Assembly (NCBI GenBank): GCA_052174495.1
Contig: JBQMRR010000044.1
Location: 56,425-120,424 of the forward strand
DNA: 64,000 bases
Reading direction: 5' to 3'
Source of the DNA: Arsenophonus sp. NC-TX2-MAG3
Lineage (GTDB): Bacteria; Pseudomonadota; Gammaproteobacteria; Enterobacterales; Enterobacteriaceae
Position numbers and translations under genes: made by a program. The notes below the pieces were generated by a model that was given only the letters and a program-made list of their open reading frames with translations, was not told where the DNA came from and searched no databases. Every line of letters begins with the position of its first letter. Within the stretch, counting starts at the first letter, position 1. Shown here piece after piece: positions 46,560-57,904 of the stretch.

Positions 46560-47400
46560 ATCTCCAAACTTTAATGCATTTTATCGGTTGTCTTAGCGAA
46601 AAAAGTTGCTAAAGATCATATCTTCTATATGAAGAATTTTCATTATAGAGTTTGTCATGAAAACAAATAGTTATATAGATAAAGAAACTTCTCTTTATCT
46701 CTATAAGGTAAAGCTGTATCTCATTAATTGCTCGGCGAAAATCTATTGGATAATATTAATTCATACATTGAAAGAATTCATTTTACTTTTATCTTGGCCA
46801 TATTATCACACTGAACATCCTATCTACTATAGGAGAGAAACCAACTTATTTAGGGTTACAGTGATATCATTATAAAATCTCCTATTGCAAAAAAACATTT
46901 AACAATCTTATTTGCAAGTTCTCTGACAAAACTACATCACAAGAATAAATATTTTAGTTATCTGCAATGCATATTGCACAGCTTGACTTTACAAGAGTTA
47001 CCGAAACAAACAGACGTTAATTTTAAAACAGCATTTAGATTGCGCTACTGCTTTCTTTTATTAATTGGATAACCCAAAATAAGAAAGATATAAATCTGGA
47101 GATGGAGGAGATAAAAGGAAATAATAAATCCTAGTCTTAATCGCCTGAGATCGATAGAGTGTAATATAATTGATGAGATTCTTCTTAATGATTAGGAAAT
47201 TAAATCACTCTTTAAATAAAAAGTAAAGGCATCCAATTTTGCTAAATTAGATAGAAAATTGGTTTACTTTGTTTTTATAAATCAAAATTTTATCGGAGCG
47301 TGTATTAATTAACTTAATGCACTAATTTTAGTGATATTAACTCTAAATTTAGCTTAATAACTCTTATTTTTATTTTTATGAGTTCTTTCTGATAATAATT
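46560..47400 (+). mobile_element. Degenerate IS1595-family transposase remnant
   Basis: Frame ..LTKLHHKNKYFSYLQCILHSLTLQELPKQTDVNFKTAFRLRYCFL resembles the IS1595 LARLRHKEKW..Y..CM..SLT.RK.AK..GV...TAFRWRHRFL HTH region. Confidence 0.75.
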
Positions 47401-48440
47401 TCGTTGTCTGCTTCCCAAGTTGATCGTTGGTAAAAAGTACTTCTCGTTCACACAGAGCGCATTTGTATAAATTTATGTTCAGAATCCCTTCTTAATATAG
47501 GAAGGGTGAACATAGGAAGGGTGAATATATCCCCGTTTCCAGTTTTATAAGTCATCTACAACGTCTTTATACCTTTGGTAATAACGTGCTTCGTTTCCGA
47601 TTTAAAAGAAATGATAGTAACGTACAATTTTAAAATGCTTCGCCTGGAATATTATTAATATAGTTCTAGATAATCTTTTCCTACGTCAGAGTTTGCTTAC
47701 GGTATATTCCTTACTTTTATAATCATAAAAATGATGTACAACCACTTTTTACCTCAAAAATGCGCAGTTTTAAATGCGAATGCCAGTGAGATGTTTAAGT
47801 TAGCTTCCAGAGGTAATTTTATGCTATCACGCCCATTTTATCTTTTTAGTGAAGTACACTTTCAGTAATCCTCGTACTTGTACCTTCAAATATTATGTTT
47901 TTAGTGCTTTCTAGCATGGATATTCCTACAAGTCTTAAAAAGGCACCAGGATTTATCAGCTCGTCACTATAATGAATTAATCGGATGATAAAATCTCTAC
48001 CAGATTTTTTCAACCGATCTTCTTTTAAAAAATATCTTCAACCTATACAGCATGTTTAATATCTAGCCCGTCATAAGTGACGGAGAGATGAAAATGTGAA
48101 TGTTGATTGAGTTATCGAGCATAAATATATAAGGCACAGAATATAATTTTAATACTTTGTTTTGTGATCACTACAATATAGAACTAGGGATACACCTGGC
48201 ACAAAACAGAGTATTAAGTAGCGATAAATTATTTTAAAAAGGCTAAAGAAGATGAGAATAGTAAAAGTAATATGTTGCTAGTTACAGTCTGCTAAGATAC
48301 GAATTTTCTGTGTGGGGTGTAATCATACTGCTCGGTAGCTTTAAACCCGTCTTAACTGTAGATTTTTAACTTTATAACTACGGCAAAATAATAGTGGTAA
48401 TATTCAGGATAGGCGTAGTAGTAAAACTGTATACTTACAT
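47400..48440 (-). mobile_element. Degenerate IS91-family transposase remnant
   Basis: FKATEQ, TFTI(S)HLL*PF*NN, INPGAF, VVHHFYDYK, AKHFKIVRYY match IS91 TnpA motifs. Confidence 0.82.
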
Positions 48441-48449
48441 AGTTATAAG

Positions 48450-49135
48450 TGCTTCAGATAAATATTCCCTTGATATATAGACTGATTTATAAGTTAACGC
48501 TTTCAGCGTATTTTTAAGAAAGTTATTTTAGATATCATCAATAGTAAAAGTAGTTTAATTTTACAGAAGATATACATCTTGAACTCTTGCCAGAAAAATA
48601 GAAATTCTCATACACTGTTCATGGATTTATCAGGTTTATTGGCCCAGGTATCTTTAATGTTTCTCCCAGATGACAAAAAAGATTAAAATTATATCTAGTT
48701 TCCCTATAAGTAATGAATTCATCAACAAGCATGCTTTAATCATTATCATCAATGCAGTTTTGTATCCAGGATCATAGCCTTAGATTGTGGGTCCGTTTTG
48801 CTCAAAAATCCTGATAATTGTGATTTATAGGCGAGATAATACTTGCGTATAGAAAAATAAAAAGCAGAATCGAATACATTGCATAGATCTTTTTGGTGTC
48901 TAAAAAAAATTAGTTGGTCTAACCCTCATTCATTTTGAGATGGAATTTAAAAAGCGCTTTAAATAAGCAGGCAGTGTATAAATACGTAAATTGCATGTTA
49001 TCTTCTGGATTTACCTAGTTTACGATTTCTAGGAGATTTATCCTGAGTCATCTGGATGAGAATTCCTTTAAGTCAACGTATTACGAGTATAAAATAATAC
49101 TTAGCTAATAAATATCCGCAAAGCGGCTTCTAGCT
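48450..49135 (-). mobile_element. IS91-family remnant of a second, IS1294-like subtype (5' half)
   Basis: RFADIY (cf. MLPRFADIFQ), HPDDS (cf. QPEGS), NFYFSGK (cf. NLHFYARK); not colinear at DNA level with the other IS91 copies. Confidence 0.6.
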
Positions 49136-49179
49136 GAGCGCTGTTCATATCATAAATGTGTTAAGGTTCATTGAAGAGG

Positions 49180-49994
49180 ATAGGTAATTTATATCTGTAT
49201 GATTTAAGCGATATCGCTACATTTATTTCTTGTCCGATGAGATATATCGTTTTGTTAAGCAAAATGATCGCTTTTATCCGCTACTCATTATCGGTAGCAC
49301 TGCGCATTGACATAAGAGGATAATTGGAGTCAAAATGCTTATCAAAAGTTAGAAGTAAACTGAGCGTAACTTTTCAATGGTTGATGAACCCTGAGCTTAA
49401 ACGTATCTTTCATGGTTGGAAAGATAGTCGATGCTTTTAGTTTTTTGAATGTAATGGCAAAGATATTTCCAGATATATAGCACGAATCTTGCTGTGTCCA
49501 TAAATAGCTAATATTCTAGCTTCATTCCCCTAAAGAAATGCAAGCGAAAGTTAAGAGTAAACTGCGGAGAGCTCTGGCTATCAGCCCGGCGCCGATGCTA
49601 TCAACAAAGCCTTTAATGCTTTCTGAAAATGTTATTATCGAAGTGTATTCTACAGCGATGAAGAAGCTAGAAAAGATCAAGAAAAACTGTTGGTATTCTA
49701 TGACTTCCAATTAGCGCACTAGGCATCATAAGAACTAGAAATATAATTGAATCGTTTTTTTGTGACAGTGAGTCTAGGAAGCTGAGACACGCGAAGCACT
49801 GTGGTTTAAGAAAAGAACTCTTTTAATGCTATTTTAGTTTCTATCCTCTGTTCAAAAAAGTGAAAACCGGCTAAATGGAATTGAGCTGCTAACCCTGATG
49901 TGGTAACCAAAATTTAATTTAAAGATGGAGAACAAATTTATGAAGCATCAGAGTGGATCGTAGTCTGCGTCATACATTAGATTTACTAAAATTC
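49180..49994 (+). mobile_element. IS256-family element, 3' part only (copy 7)
   Basis: FKDGEQ tail and right end CATACATTAGATTTACTAAAATTC. Confidence 0.8.
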
Positions 49995-50915
49995 TCAAGC
50001 AACTACAACCCCCTAAAATTAGCGCTCCTCTTCCGATCAACAAAGAGTTTGTATTTACTTTAGCTCAGCGTTATGAGATATCTAAATTTACTTTTATTAA
50101 ATGGCAGAAATAAGATGATGTTGATGATTACATCCATATTCTCCATTATTTGCTGATGACGCTATTCCCAAATAAAGGGTTCGTAGTTATTTTTTTGCGA
50201 AAAAGAGTTTTTTCTCTCGCCGATATTCTAGCGGTCAGCCGATTTCCTAAACTTCGTACTACTTGATCTGATCTGAATCTCTCTTTAATACAGGTATAGG
50301 AGGATGGAGAATTTGCATAAAATAAGGGGGGAAAGCCTCAAAGTCGAAACTATAAAGTATTTTAGGATACTAAGATGCTTATTTGCGCGTAGATGTGAAA
50401 TATCTTATGTAAATGCTAAATAAAACTTCAAGATGTTATCTTTTCGTAGGGATAATAGATCACATCATTTAATAGATTTTATTTATTTTTATAAAACTAA
50501 GACCGTAGCTAATTTGTAATTTTAATCGAATATGTCCATAGCTATTCATCGGATATTTATAGATAATAGGAAAAATTTACAGACTAATTTTTGCTCTGCA
50601 AAAACGTTCAGTCAGCAGAAAATAGGAATTCAACCGTTTATGTGCAAATCTTGGTATAGAATATTGATTTAGCATGTTAATTCGTTCTTCAAACGAATGG
50701 TATGTGGTTAAGCGATTTTATAAGCGAAGGAAAAGATACGTTGCAAAATCCATTACTTCAATTTTGTTCAAGAATTTGAGATCACTTTCCATTAATATGT
50801 TTAGTTATATAAAATCAGGAATTATTTTAATTAATTAATCAATATATAGTAATTAAACTCCATTGCAGTCTATAAAAGATTGCTTCAAAGTTAAATCTAA
50901 ATTATTCAAAATAAT
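49995..50915 (+). mobile_element. Near full-length degenerate IS481-family element
   Basis: TTTP..I, YLFVGI, QTNGM..RF and KDCFKVKSKLF fragments in order. Confidence 0.82.
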
Positions 50916-50919
50916 TATA

Positions 50920-51490
50920 CTATTTCCTGGAAATTATATCTATAAAAGATAACATTGTGAAGTTTTGATTGGCATTTGCAGAAGATATTCACATTTATGT
51001 GCAGATAAGGCAGGCTGTACTCGTAGCTTTAAAGCGTTTTATGTTCGGGTTCGGTGCACTTCCCTTTTATTTCACACAAATTTCTCCTCTGTTCCTGCAT
51101 AAACATAAATCTAGATCAGATTGAAATATAACAGGATTCAGGAATTCGCGTACGGACTGCTAGCAGATTCGTCGAGAGAGAAATATTTTCGTAAAAAATA
51201 ACTACGACTTTTAAGCTGGTGAAAGGGTTATCAGAAAAGTATGGAGAATATGGGTGTAATCATTAATATTATTTTATTTTTTCTATTTTAGTAACGGTAA
51301 ATTCGCAGATATCTCATAATATTTAGTAAAAGTAAACGCAAGCTATTTATTGGCCTGAAGAGCAGTACTAAATTTTAGATATTGGAGTTCCCTAATAATT
51401 AAGACTCATGATTATGACATCTTCTGTCAACTATATTTATAAGTAACTATCTTACAATAAATAGGGATGTGTGACTAGAAGCTAATAATG
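50920..51490 (-). mobile_element. IS481-family element, 5' part, inverted relative to its neighbour
   Basis: Close match to 12132-12620 (GGAATTCGCGTACGGACTGCTAGCAGATTCGTCGAGAGAG). Confidence 0.85.
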
Positions 51491-51499
51491 ATCCTAGAT

Positions 51500-52400
51500 T
51501 AATTACCTAATACTAGGTTCTCAATTAGTATAATACAAGGATTAATTAATCTACTAAAAATATTATTGATATTGACAAATAAAATTTAATTAAAACAATA
51601 CTGTTGATGATAAATCTTATTATATATTTAATAATTTTAAAAAAATTAAAAATATAATTTTAATATATTTATATAAATAAAGCCCTATTTTAGAATAGGG
51701 AGCATTAAGGCAAAAAGTTTTTTATATTATTACTCAGATGTATATAATTTATTAATTATTATTTATTAAATACTTAAATAAAAATAGAAGAGACTAAAAA
51801 TAGGTGATCAAATTTTTACAATAAATTTTAATATAAAGTGAATAAATTAAAATTTAATTTATAAAAAGTTTAATATTAAATTAGTAATTAATATATTGAA
51901 CAGTAATATTTCTGTTTTTATATAAAATTGATTTTCTTATTTTGTTTATTATATGCTAGTACTGTTTTAATAGGATTTTATCAATAATCGTTTATATATT
52001 TTAATATATATTATTTATTTTTTATTAATTAATTTATTGTTGGTTATTTATTTTATAAAGATAGTATCTTTATTGGATATAATTTTATCTTATCTTGTTT
52101 ATGATATTTAAAAATAATAATTATAACTAGATATTTTATTATCTTTAATATTTTTAATAATAAAAATATATTGTAATTTTTATTACATTTACTTGGTCGA
52201 ATATTAGACATTCATTTTTCTATCGTAATTTGATGTGTTTTATTATTACTTAATGATATTTTTTATGTAATCTATTATTTACGTTATTTTAACCAATAAT
52301 CTTTTTATTATAGATAGTAAAAGTTGGCTAAAATAGCCTTATTCTTAATATAACGTTTAATATAAATCAACGGGATACAATAATGCTAAGGATATTGCTA
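51500..52400 (+). pseudogene. truD: Highly eroded tRNA pseudouridine synthase TruD remnant
   Basis: Very AT-rich; retains L-R-I-G-A-L..G-K-K-F-I-L-L-L-R across frameshifts (cf. LRLGALKGNAFTLVLR) and a frame ending STG..A..IA* over the surE start, where truD overlaps surE in enterobacteria. Confidence 0.5.
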
Positions 52401-53144
52401 AGTAATGATGATGGTGTAACAGCAACTGGCATCCAAACCCTTTCTACTGCGTTACGCAAATATTATTTCGTTCAGGTTGTTGCGCCTGATAGAAACCGAA
52501 GTGGGGCATCAAATGCATTAACACTTCATAAACCATTACGAATAGCTAAGTTAGCTAATGGAGATATCTCAGTACAAGGAACACCAACGGATTGTGTATA
52601 TTTAGGTGTTAATCAGCTAATTCAACCTTCTCCTGAAATCGTCGTTTCGGGTATTAATCATGGTCCCAATTTGGGGGATGATGTTATTTATTCAGGTACC
52701 GTTGCTGCGGCAACAGAAGGTCGTCATCTTGGGTTACCTGCACTTGCGGTTTCATTAAATGGTGAAACATACTATCAAACAGCAGCAGAGATAACTTGCC
52801 ATTTATTAAAATTATTACAGAAAACGCCATTAAAAGCAGGTAATATTCTTAATATTAATGTTCCTGGTATTCCTTTATCGGAAATTAAAGGTTACAAAGT
52901 AACACGGTGTGGTAGCCGCCATGCTGCTCAACAAGTTTATTCATCTGAAGATCCACGGGGTGATATGGTCTATTGGTTAGGGCCTGTAGGAAAAATATGT
53001 GATGGCGGTCCAGATACTGATTTTGCTGCAGTAGCAGCGGGATATGTTTCTATCACACCGTTACAAGTGGATTTAACCGCTTATAAAGATCATCAAGTTG
53101 TTAAAGATTGGTTATCAATAGCAGAGGCAAGTGAGGAATGCTAA
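52383..53144 (+). CDS. surE: 5'/3'-nucleotidase SurE
   Basis: [42 protein letters not shown]. Confidence 0.97.
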   Translation: MLRILLSNDDGVTATGIQTLSTALRKYYFVQVVAPDRNRSGASNALTLHKPLRIAKLANGDISVQGTPTDCVYLGVNQLIQPSPEIVVSGINHGPNLGDDVIYSGTVAAATEGRHLGLPALAVSLNGETYYQTAAEITCHLLKLLQKTPLKAGNILNINVPGIPLSEIKGYKVTRCGSRHAAQQVYSSEDPRGDMVYWLGPVGKICDGGPDTDFAAVAAGYVSITPLQVDLTAYKDHQVVKDWLSIAEASEEC

Positions 53145-53764
53145 AACGATCAATTAGAGATTTATTGATACAACTACGCTATCAAGGAATTAAAGATGAA
53201 GGTCTATTGGCAGCTATTGCAAAAGTTCCTCGTGAGCGTTTTGTAGATGAAGCACTTTCACATAAAGCTTATGAAAATATTCCTTTACCTATAGGTTTTT
53301 CTCAGACTATTTCGCAACCTTATATTGTTGCTCGTATGACAGAATTACTTGCTCTTTCTCCATCAGATCATGTTTTAGAAATTGGCACTGGGTCGGGTTA
53401 TCAAACAGCTATTTTAGCTCATCTTGTCGCGCGGGTTTTTTCAGTAGAACGTATTAAGGGACTGCAATGGAATGCTAAACGTAGATTAAAACAACTTGAT
53501 CTTCATAATATTTCAACACGTCATGGCGATGGCTGGATGGGATGGTCCTCTAATGGGCCTTTTGATGGAATTATTGTAACAGCAGCGCCAGCAGAACTTC
53601 CACTTGTATTGCTTGAACAATTAAAAGATGGTGGCCTAATGGTATTACCTCTCGGTGATAAAAAACAGATATTAAAAATCATTAAACGTCAAGGTAATGA
53701 TTTTTATGCTACAACGGTAGAGTCAGTGCGATTTGTTCCTTTAATCCCTGGAAGTTTGGCATGA
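53138..53764 (+). CDS. pcm: Protein-L-isoaspartate O-methyltransferase
   Basis: [34 protein letters not shown]. Confidence 0.97.
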   Translation: MLKRSIRDLLIQLRYQGIKDEGLLAAIAKVPRERFVDEALSHKAYENIPLPIGFSQTISQPYIVARMTELLALSPSDHVLEIGTGSGYQTAILAHLVARVFSVERIKGLQWNAKRRLKQLDLHNISTRHGDGWMGWSSNGPFDGIIVTAAPAELPLVLLEQLKDGGLMVLPLGDKKQILKIIKRQGNDFYATTVESVRFVPLIPGSLA

Positions 53765-53909
53765 AATAAATAATATTTAGAGATAGATAATTTAAGGCTT
53801 TATTAACCTTTATTTTTATAAAAATTTGTTTTAACTATTCCAATAAGTTCTCGAGCAATAGTTAGATTATTGATTCTTATTCAAGATTTATCTTCATGAG
53901 GGAAGAAGT

Positions 53910-54971
53910 ATGAATTTTAACAGCGCAAAATTTGCGATTCGATGGTCTATTATTTGTCTAATAATAGACCCAACATTATTAGGGTGCTCAACACCATATC
54001 ATCTAGTAGCACCAATTAATAGTGTTCATGATAATATCCATCCGATTAATACTTATCCTGCTATAAATACAGAATCAAAAAGTATGCCAATACCCTCTTC
54101 TCCTAAAAATATTTTTGTTAATAATCAAAATAGTAATATAAATAAACCAATATATCAACCTGTGATGCTATCATCTAAGACTAATACTGATGGTCGAATA
54201 GTTTATAACCGAAATTATAGTAATATCAAAAAAGGAAGCTATAGTGGTAAAACCTATACTATTAAAGGTGGTGATACGCTGTTTTATATTGCTTGGATAA
54301 CAGGTAATGATTATTCTGATCTAGCGAAACGTAATAAAATTGTAGATCCTTATAGTTTAAGGATTGGACAAATACTTAATATTTCTAATAGCTCTAGTAA
54401 TTCAGAAATAATAGTTGCTAATGATACTCAGAATACAAACAATACAATTGTTAATTCTCAATCAACTAATGCGTACCCTTTATTAGATGAGAAAAATTCA
54501 AGAAAGACGTTACCAAGAGTATCCAAACCAATAACATCTTATATACCGCCTGCAACAACAGTATCTCCGGGCTTAAATAATAACAGGATACTGAATACAG
54601 TAGATAAGTGGCGCTGGCCAATTGAACAAAAAGTAATTGAATCTTTCTCTGGTATTCAAGGTGGAGATAAAGGCGTTGATATTGCCGGATTGCGAGGTCA
54701 ACCTATTTTTGCAGCTGCAGCAGGAAAAGTGGTTTATTCTGGAAACGCATTGCGTGGATATGGAAATCTTATAATAATAAGACATAACGATGACTATTTG
54801 AGTGCTTATGCTCACAATGATACTATATTAGTTCGTGATCAACAGTCGATTCATGCAGGGCAAAAAATTGCTACTATGGGTAGCACTGGTACAAATTCAG
54901 TAAAATTACATTTTGAGATTCGTTACAAGGGAAAATCAGTAAATCCATTGCGCTACCTTTCGCAGCGATAA
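53910..54971 (+). CDS. nlpD: Murein hydrolase activator lipoprotein NlpD (LysM + M23)
   Basis: LLGC lipobox, LysM GDTLFYIAW, M23-like GVDIAG..YGNLIIIRH..SAYAHN..LHFEIR. Confidence 0.96.
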   Translation: MNFNSAKFAIRWSIICLIIDPTLLGCSTPYHLVAPINSVHDNIHPINTYPAINTESKSMPIPSSPKNIFVNNQNSNINKPIYQPVMLSSKTNTDGRIVYNRNYSNIKKGSYSGKTYTIKGGDTLFYIAWITGNDYSDLAKRNKIVDPYSLRIGQILNISNSSSNSEIIVANDTQNTNNTIVNSQSTNAYPLLDEKNSRKTLPRVSKPITSYIPPATTVSPGLNNNRILNTVDKWRWPIEQKVIESFSGIQGGDKGVDIAGLRGQPIFAAAAGKVVYSGNALRGYGNLIIIRHNDDYLSAYAHNDTILVRDQQSIHAGQKIATMGSTGTNSVKLHFEIRYKGKSVNPLRYLSQR

Positions 54972-55029
54972 CTTGGATGTATTACTTATTAATGCTATAT
55001 GCATTTAGGGTTAATGTTAGCAAAGATTA

Positions 55030-56488
55030 TTCCTTTCGCTTCCAAAGTAATTTTATAGCCATATGTGTATATTAAATTCTTATGGTTTTAAATAATCTAC
55101 TTCAGGCTAGACAATTTAATAAATAAAATAATTCCATACCATGGAAGCTACTCAGCAATCCCTTTAATCGTCTAAAATAACTATTAACATTTTAAATGTA
55201 AAATTACTTACAAATAAATTTTTGATTATCCAAGATTATTAGATGATAGTAACTAATTTCATGTTCGTTAGTAAATATTTCATATCATTTACCTTTATCT
55301 AAATAAAGGTAAACCTCTGTTCGATAATCAGCTTAAGAGAACATCTAACTACAACACTCTGCATTAAGCTCTTCAAGAATCTTATCGGTCACATAACCCT
55401 TTTAATCCCTGCAATTAAAAGCGTGATTTATTTTTTTCTTTTATCCTCATGCTCTTGCATATTTTTTACCTTTCCTATATGTGATATAATCTTTTATTTT
55501 AAAGAGTTAGTGAAAATATTTTATCAACTTAAGCAATATCACTTAGTACATTTAAGTTGGTTATCCTCACTACTTCACTAAAGGAAGAGGATAATGATGC
55601 ACTCTAAACATTGTTTTTAAAATTAATGCCTATTTGTTTTACTGATTCTGTAAAGTTAAGCTCTTTAACATACATTGAAGATAGCTAAATCATTTATCCT
55701 TGTGATGTAATTTTCCAAAAGATTTTCATTAAGATCGTTAAATTTTCCTACAATCAAGAATTTGCAAGGATATCGCTGCAACTTATTGATCTCACCCAGC
55801 AGATGATATGTTTACTATAACAGTATGGATAGGATAAAGTAGAGTGAGTTTATTTTAATGCATGAATTGACATTACCAATAGACTGTCTAGTGAAGCCAA
55901 CTAATTAGATGTAGCTTATGTTAGCAGAAAGCAAGAAAAGAGTTTTCTTTAATTTGTATGACTGTTTTTCTATGATAACCGTTATAGCGAAAATTTTTAT
56001 ACAGTATAAGAAATTTCTACCAATAAGCGCTGTCAAGATAGCTTAATTTGTCTATTCTGAGAGGAATTTTGTCTTAGAAACTTGATCAAGATTTAAATAC
56101 TGAAAAAATTGCAGAACGCTTATAGACAATCCGGTAGATGATGTTAGACAGATGTATTGCTGCTAAATAAGCAGATTTATTCTGTTAATACTTCAATCGC
56201 TGCTAATTTAAATAAAGCGTTATTTGATATATTATATAAAAATAACGGTTCAAGAGCAAAAGGAACTATCTAAGTTAACAATATGAAAGAAAAAATTATT
56301 AAATGCCTGGTTGAACTTTATAGAAATAACGTGAAGTATTAGTTCGCTGCTTCACTTTATTAGGCTATAAATCAGAAACATTTAGAGAAGGCTAGAGTGA
56401 GAAATTGCCATTACTGGGAGAGAATTCGTTAGATATAGCTTGAAGGCCGTCGCCAATTAAAAGTTATTTTCATAATCAAGGTCTTAGT
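55030..56488 (+). pseudogene. rpoS: RpoS sigma factor pseudogene, split by IS1595 and clipped by IS256
   Basis: MEATQ (55141) and YLNKGKPLFD, then after the insert KLDQDLNTEKIAERL, NPVDDVRQM, KALFDIL, KCLVEL and RIR*I*LEGRRQLK; cf. LDATQ / YGNRGLALLD / KLDHEPSAEEIAEQL / KPVDDVSRM / KALLDIL / KWLFEL / RVRQIQVEGLRRLR. Follows nlpD. Confidence 0.9.
55345..55915 (-). mobile_element. IS1595-family remnant inside rpoS
   Basis: About 570 bp colinear with 14420-15000. Confidence 0.75.
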
Positions 56489-57894
56489 GAGTTATTAGTA
56501 AATCTGATATAGAAGATTAGAGGGGGGTGCTATGCTACTCTTTGATAATTAATAAATATGTTCTTCAATTTTGAATTCGATGTTGTTTACCAGCGTGATT
56601 AAAAGCTCAAATCTCCTTAGCAGGTTTCAGCTTTTTTAGTAGATGGTATCAGGTTCAATACCATAAAAGGATTGTTGTTCTTAAGCCACAATTTTTCACG
56701 TCTCAGCTTTGTAGGCTGAGTGTCAGAAAAGTCGATTTAATCGGATTCGTTGTTCTTATTGATGGCAAGTACTACTTCCTAACGGGAAGGCATAGGAAGT
56801 CAGCAGCTCTTCTCGCTTTTTTCTAGCTTTTTAATCGCTGCAGGATAGGACTTCGCTAAAAATTTTACCAACAAAATATTAAGCGCTTTATCAATGGCAT
56901 CACAGATCTCTCCTAATCAATCTCCATTCCCTTTAAGCTTACCTTAACTTTTTGTTGCGCCTTTTGGGAGCAAAACCAACACATCAGCTATTTTATCTAC
57001 TCAACAATATTGGTGTTGTGTGCCTAGGGAGTATTTTAATATTGCATTCCAAAAACCCAAGCACCGCGTCTCCTATAACAAGGCTGAGAAATACAGTTAA
57101 ACTACGTGCGCTTGAAAACTATTGAGAAATTTAGCTAGTTCTCTTTTAACTCTTGATAAATATCATATAGCAAACGAGATTTTTACATTCATGATCAGTA
57201 ATCCTAATAATAACTAGTAGGGGAAGGCGATGGGTTTTCCTGGCAGGACAGTTATGCATCAGCATAAAAATAAACGTAGGTGTATCAATTAAATCACGCA
57301 GGGGATTAACACCCTGCTTACACACTTTAAGTCATCGCTATTTTAATCTATTGATAGTACTGAAGTTAAAGACTATGTGCTTTTCACCGTGAGTGCGCTT
57401 AGAGCTTTGTGAAATTACCGTTGGATATACTTTATAGGTATACACAGCTATGAGATCAACTCTTCGCTGCTTTTATATGATTAAGATAAGAAAGTAATGA
57501 TAACCTCTTAAGCATATTCATTTCTGGTCTGTCATCTACACACCTCTCTATCTTAAGCCACTTTAATCTCAATATTGCTAATAGCAGTTTATATAGTTCA
57601 TTATGGCAAATAACCGTTACGCTTGACGGCATGAACTACCCCGTCTATAAGATTGACATTTTATATCTTCCGCAGTATGGCTTTTAGCTCTCATCTTCAA
57701 CAGTGGTGTCTATTATTTACTTATTACCATTGCGGATGAATTTATCCAAGAGATTATAGGTATATCTAGTTTTGTGAATACCTTTAAGGTAGACTATATG
57801 GCATATAATCTCCTTGTTTTTGATATCATATAACAAATCAATCAAAAATATGCCATCATCTCAAAAACTCATAAATCAGAAATAAGCATAACTC
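56489..57894 (-). mobile_element. Degenerate IS256-family element (copy 8), full length
   Basis: Ends GAGTTATTAGTAAATCTGATATAG and CATAAATCAGAAATAAGCATAACTC; GFWNAI..QHQYC* segment (cf. GFWAAL..RQQRCW). Confidence 0.88.
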
Positions 57895-57904
57895 CATTTT
57901 TGGC

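Noticed and set aside
46657-46875. 72-aa ORF
   Set aside because: Out-of-frame overlay on the IS1595 remnant.
48740-48800. GYDPGYKT on the minus strand as a Tex/RuvC-like motif
   Set aside because: Falls inside the IS1294-like remnant in a different frame; probably chance.
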